From: Tubulanus polymorphus
Lineage: Eukaryota > Animalia > Nemertea
Direction of reading: 5' to 3'
DNA length: 64,000 bases
Assembly: GCF_964204645.1 (NCBI RefSeq)
Contig: NC_134029.1
Location: forward strand, 14,874,950 to 14,938,949
In this document: positions 60,701 to 64,000 of the stretch, piece by piece
How the letters are laid out: the number at the start of each line of letters is the position of its first letter
Numbering within the stretch: the first letter of the stretch is position 1
Notes under the pieces: model-generated
What the model was told of the DNA's origin: nothing
Databases searched by the model: none
What the model saw: the letters and a program-made list of their open reading frames with translations, nothing else
Translations under genes and position numbers: made by a program

Positions 60701-62778
60701 GACCGATATCAAAGTCATCTGTTGAGAATATGTCGAGGTTTTGCGAGACTGTCTCGATAAGTTCTGCCCTGGTATTGTCGGGAATATCTAGTTCATTTAC
60801 GTTTAAGGCCTCACATACATACATTAGTTTTTCAGAGTCAAAACTGTTGGAACTCATGGAGTGTGTTGAACTCTCAGTGTCATTAACCTGATTTCCCTCA
60901 TGAAGCGTCATTGACTGTATAGAGTCGAACTGACGGGACAGTCCAATCTGTTCGCTTCGATGGATGAGGACTGGTTCATCACTGAAATTGGCAACTCTAA
61001 CTTCGATGTGGTGTGATTTTGGTACCAAAATCTGTCTCGCCGTTAAGGCTGCTGCACCTTTCGCGTGGCTAACCATTCCTGGGGAGCCAGAGAAATATTG
61101 GTTTTTTCGCTTAACATAACCAGGGAGAAAGAGCTCTGTGCTAGCGGGGATACAGACATTTTTCCGAGCAAAAATTCTGTAACAACTACTTCTCGAAGAT
61201 TGTCTAAGAGGAACACTCGTAGATCCAAGATGTAGCTCTCTCGTCGCATAGTCAATCTTGCAGCCGTATTTGCTGAAGAAGTCACTGCCGAGCGAACAAA
61301 CCTGGGTTAATTCGTCTGCTATTATCATCGGCAGTTCAAAGAGCATGTCTCCTAGTTTTACTTGGATGCTTCTCCCTGGACATTCATATCTTGGCCAGTG
61401 GCGGTGGCAAGAGAATATGCGACAGGTCTTAGGCTAGAGAGGTCATCACTGGGTCTGCTGGCCTTCCACACAGATGTTTTCAGCACGGTTACTGCCGCGC
61501 CAGTGTCAAGCAGGACCGAGATTTGATCTGTACAGTTTACTTGTGCTGTGCAGAATAACCCTCCATCCTGTGTGGTAAGTTGCCGAACCATTTTCGGGGT
61601 CCTCGGATTTACCTCGTCACAGACTTTTTGAATGGTATCCTCCATCGAAGTTGTTGACTGATGACATCCTGTTGTGGGACACATTACATGATCACCATCA
61701 CCAGGGGGCATGCCTGGCGACAGAGTTTCCGCAGAATCCGCATGGTCGTCAAGGGTTTCACTCACACTAGCTGTCACCACTTGAGGTAAGTCACCTGACA
61801 TATCCACTTTAGGCAAGTCGAGGGACGGTAAGTGTGGGTTGATGAGCCCTTGGCGTCTTTGTGGAATCATATACTTATCGGGGGCTCTAATTACATTCCT
61901 GGGGTCCCCCGTCCCCTCTGGGAACCCTGGTTGGCGTTTCCCTGTTGTCTCGGTTGTTGGCGACATGCTCAAGAATAGTGACCGGCTTGCCCAGAGTTGA
62001 AACACTGGACCTGCGGATACCTATTTGCAGGGTGGTTAGGTACCCTACAGCGCCAACGTGTGTCGATTACCGGGGCAGAGGAGGATTGATGCTGAGCCTC
62101 CAATTTTTCGAGTCTCCCAGAAATGTTCTGGACCATAGACATAAGTTTGTCCATCTGGCTGGGTTGAGCTAACGCATTTACGCTGACCTCTGAAACTCTC
62201 TTTTTCTCGTGACGACGCTCCGTGAGTTTTCGTGTGGTGTCCAGCGATCGCGCTTGACTGACAGCGTCGGCCAGAGTCTTAGGTCGGTGCACGAACAGTT
62301 GCTCTCGACCGCCCACGCTTAGTGATACCGCATTCATATAACGTTCTCGACTGTATGAAACGATCAGTCAGTCTCTCGCAAAACTTGCTGTATGTCAACG
62401 ACTCAGATAATTGCAGGTTGGAGACAGCCTGATAGGCTTCATGGTCGAGACGAGACCGCAGATTTTTCTTTCTTGAGGCACCATTGTTCTTAAGTCGACT
62501 GTGCCACACCTCATCCGCATAATCGTTAAACCGCTCCAACCAAATTCGAAAGTTATGGCCGATAGTATAGGGTTTGGGTGGGGGAAAGTCGGTCTGGACC
62601 TCAAGGACGATGCCAATAAAACACTCTTAAACATCTCCGCCAGCTGTTGTATACTATTGGCCTCCTGGTCATTGTCTAATGGCTCATGAACAGAAGTGTC
62701 AACTGACTGTTGTTCATCATTTTGTCTCAGGTCGGACGTGTCAACATCATCAATACTCATGGCCATTTTTTTTAACAA
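57800..62778 (-). pseudogene. Gypsy gag-pol, many frameshifts and stops
   Basis: Series of minus-strand ORFs in order gag, PR, RT, RH, INT. Confidence 0.9.
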
Positions 62779-63154
62779 GAGAAATAACAGGTTAAATATA
62801 CCGACACAGGCAAATTAACGGACTCTTTAAAATGTAATAAAACCAGAAAAGTCAATTCACAACGGTGTGTCAGATACCAACACACAATAAATATTCGATA
62901 ATTATAATAATAGGCCTACTAAGGGTAAATCGCAAATAAGTTCACTTCAATTTCACGTATTTGTTTTTGTATAATTAGTGCCTTACCGATCCTTACTACT
63001 TCAAGTGGAATACAGTATGGACATGTACAAAATACTCGAAAAATGTGAAAAACTGAGCGTACGGTGCACAGACTAAGTTACACAAAACGTGGGTTCACCT
63101 CAACTCAGTCTAACGCAATCAAAATCGCTAAAAATCCCAGTACCCTGCCACCAA

Positions 63155-63377
63155 TGTAATGATTTGGGATATCCTCAGTTTGGTAGGACAAAAGAGGGCC
63201 CGAAGATTCCTGTGAACCCACAAAATAACTACACAAAAGATCTGAGTTACTAGACAATACCTCTTTATTCCACGGCGGACGCAACAAGAAAGAAGAACAA
63301 TAGAACAAAAGATCCAAGGCGGTGCACCCACACGGTGCCCCTACAATAATAACAATAGGACGGCTCCGGCCGTCACA
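63155..63377 (-). repeat. 5' LTR
   Basis: Followed on the minus strand by PBS TGGTGGCAGGGTACTGGGATT (resembles tRNA-Leu-type PBS). Confidence 0.88.
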
Positions 63378-64000
63378 ACATTCTGACTGCTGCTGCAGCT
63401 GGTAACTGAACGGTATCATAGAACAATGTCAAATAAAATTGCGTGCTAATAGTGGGTTTCGAAGCTAACTGAGTGCATAGATTGGTCTGGTGCCTTGTCC
63501 CACACCGGGTATCCCCGCAGGAAAACCCGGTTACTATTTACGGTGAAAGTGAAGAATGATTCCATCCTTCCGCGATATGACAACACCGTTGATTACCTCT
63601 AGGGAGAGGCCCTATTGATTTTGGGCTCCAAAGGTCAAGGTCAGGAGAGGTAATTGCGTGTAAATGCGATTCAAGAAAAACCATTGATAGCAGGACATTG
63701 TTATTTCATAGTATACCCAGGTGAGGATGTGGCATACTGATTTTGGAGTTCTAGGGCAAAGATCATTTGAAAAATTTTAATCACTAATGATTTTTGAATA
63801 GCAAAGATCAGGGTCTTCAGGGGTCACGGAGGACGTAGATAAATAGTATCAAATTGCCTTGACATTCGGGAGTGACACAGGCGGCTTGGCGATTTGATGA
63901 GAAACAAGGTATCAACTTTGAAGGGCCTTATCTTGTACATCTTAAAAAATATGGTATGAGGGGTTATTGCAAGTAAGTTATTGCAACAACAGTGATTTAC

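Larger units (their letters stand above)
56016..63377 (-). mobile_element. Full-length decayed Ty3/Gypsy LTR retrotransposon with extra 3' ORF
   Basis: Two ~220-bp TG...CA LTRs, PBS TGGTGGCAG, PPT AAGGGGAGAG; gag with degenerate knuckle, protease LLDTGA, RT YLDD, RNase H DTDAS, integrase HPQGNGQVE and GPY. Confidence 0.93.

Noticed and set aside
56011-63382. Target-site duplication of the Gypsy element
   Set aside because: Flanks ATTAC and ACATT do not match; none claimed.

Overview
AT-rich animal (invertebrate-like) genomic DNA, not prokaryotic. Five short + strand exons (6980-50896) encode C-terminal WD40 repeats of a DmX-like/Rabconnectin-3alpha gene; the introns are full of mobile DNA. 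The main feature is a complete 16,864-bp Polinton/Maverick (adintovirus-like endogenous virus) at 9072-25935 inside a ~31-kb intron. It has 341-bp TIRs, a perfect 6-bp TSD (AACCTG), protein-primed PolB, integrase-chromodomain, packaging ATPase, major and minor capsid genes and several membrane proteins, but no recognisable protease. Two things stand out. (1) The PolB catalytic YxDTD motif is split by a 355-aa intein with a LAGLIDADG homing endonuclease. (2) All 15 inferred gene starts sit in TAAAT(G), most preceded by a T-tract, resembling poxvirus-type promoters although no RNA polymerase is encoded; a helper-virus-dependent lifestyle is one possible reading. The rest holds a decayed piggyBac with a nested element, Helentron/DINE-like elements, MITEs, a Penelope remnant with hammerhead ribozyme motifs, LINE and BEL fragments, a Gmr1-like (INT before RT) Gypsy remnant and a full-length decayed Gypsy with an extra SGNH-hydrolase ORF. 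All assignments come from reading motifs by eye; no searches were run.
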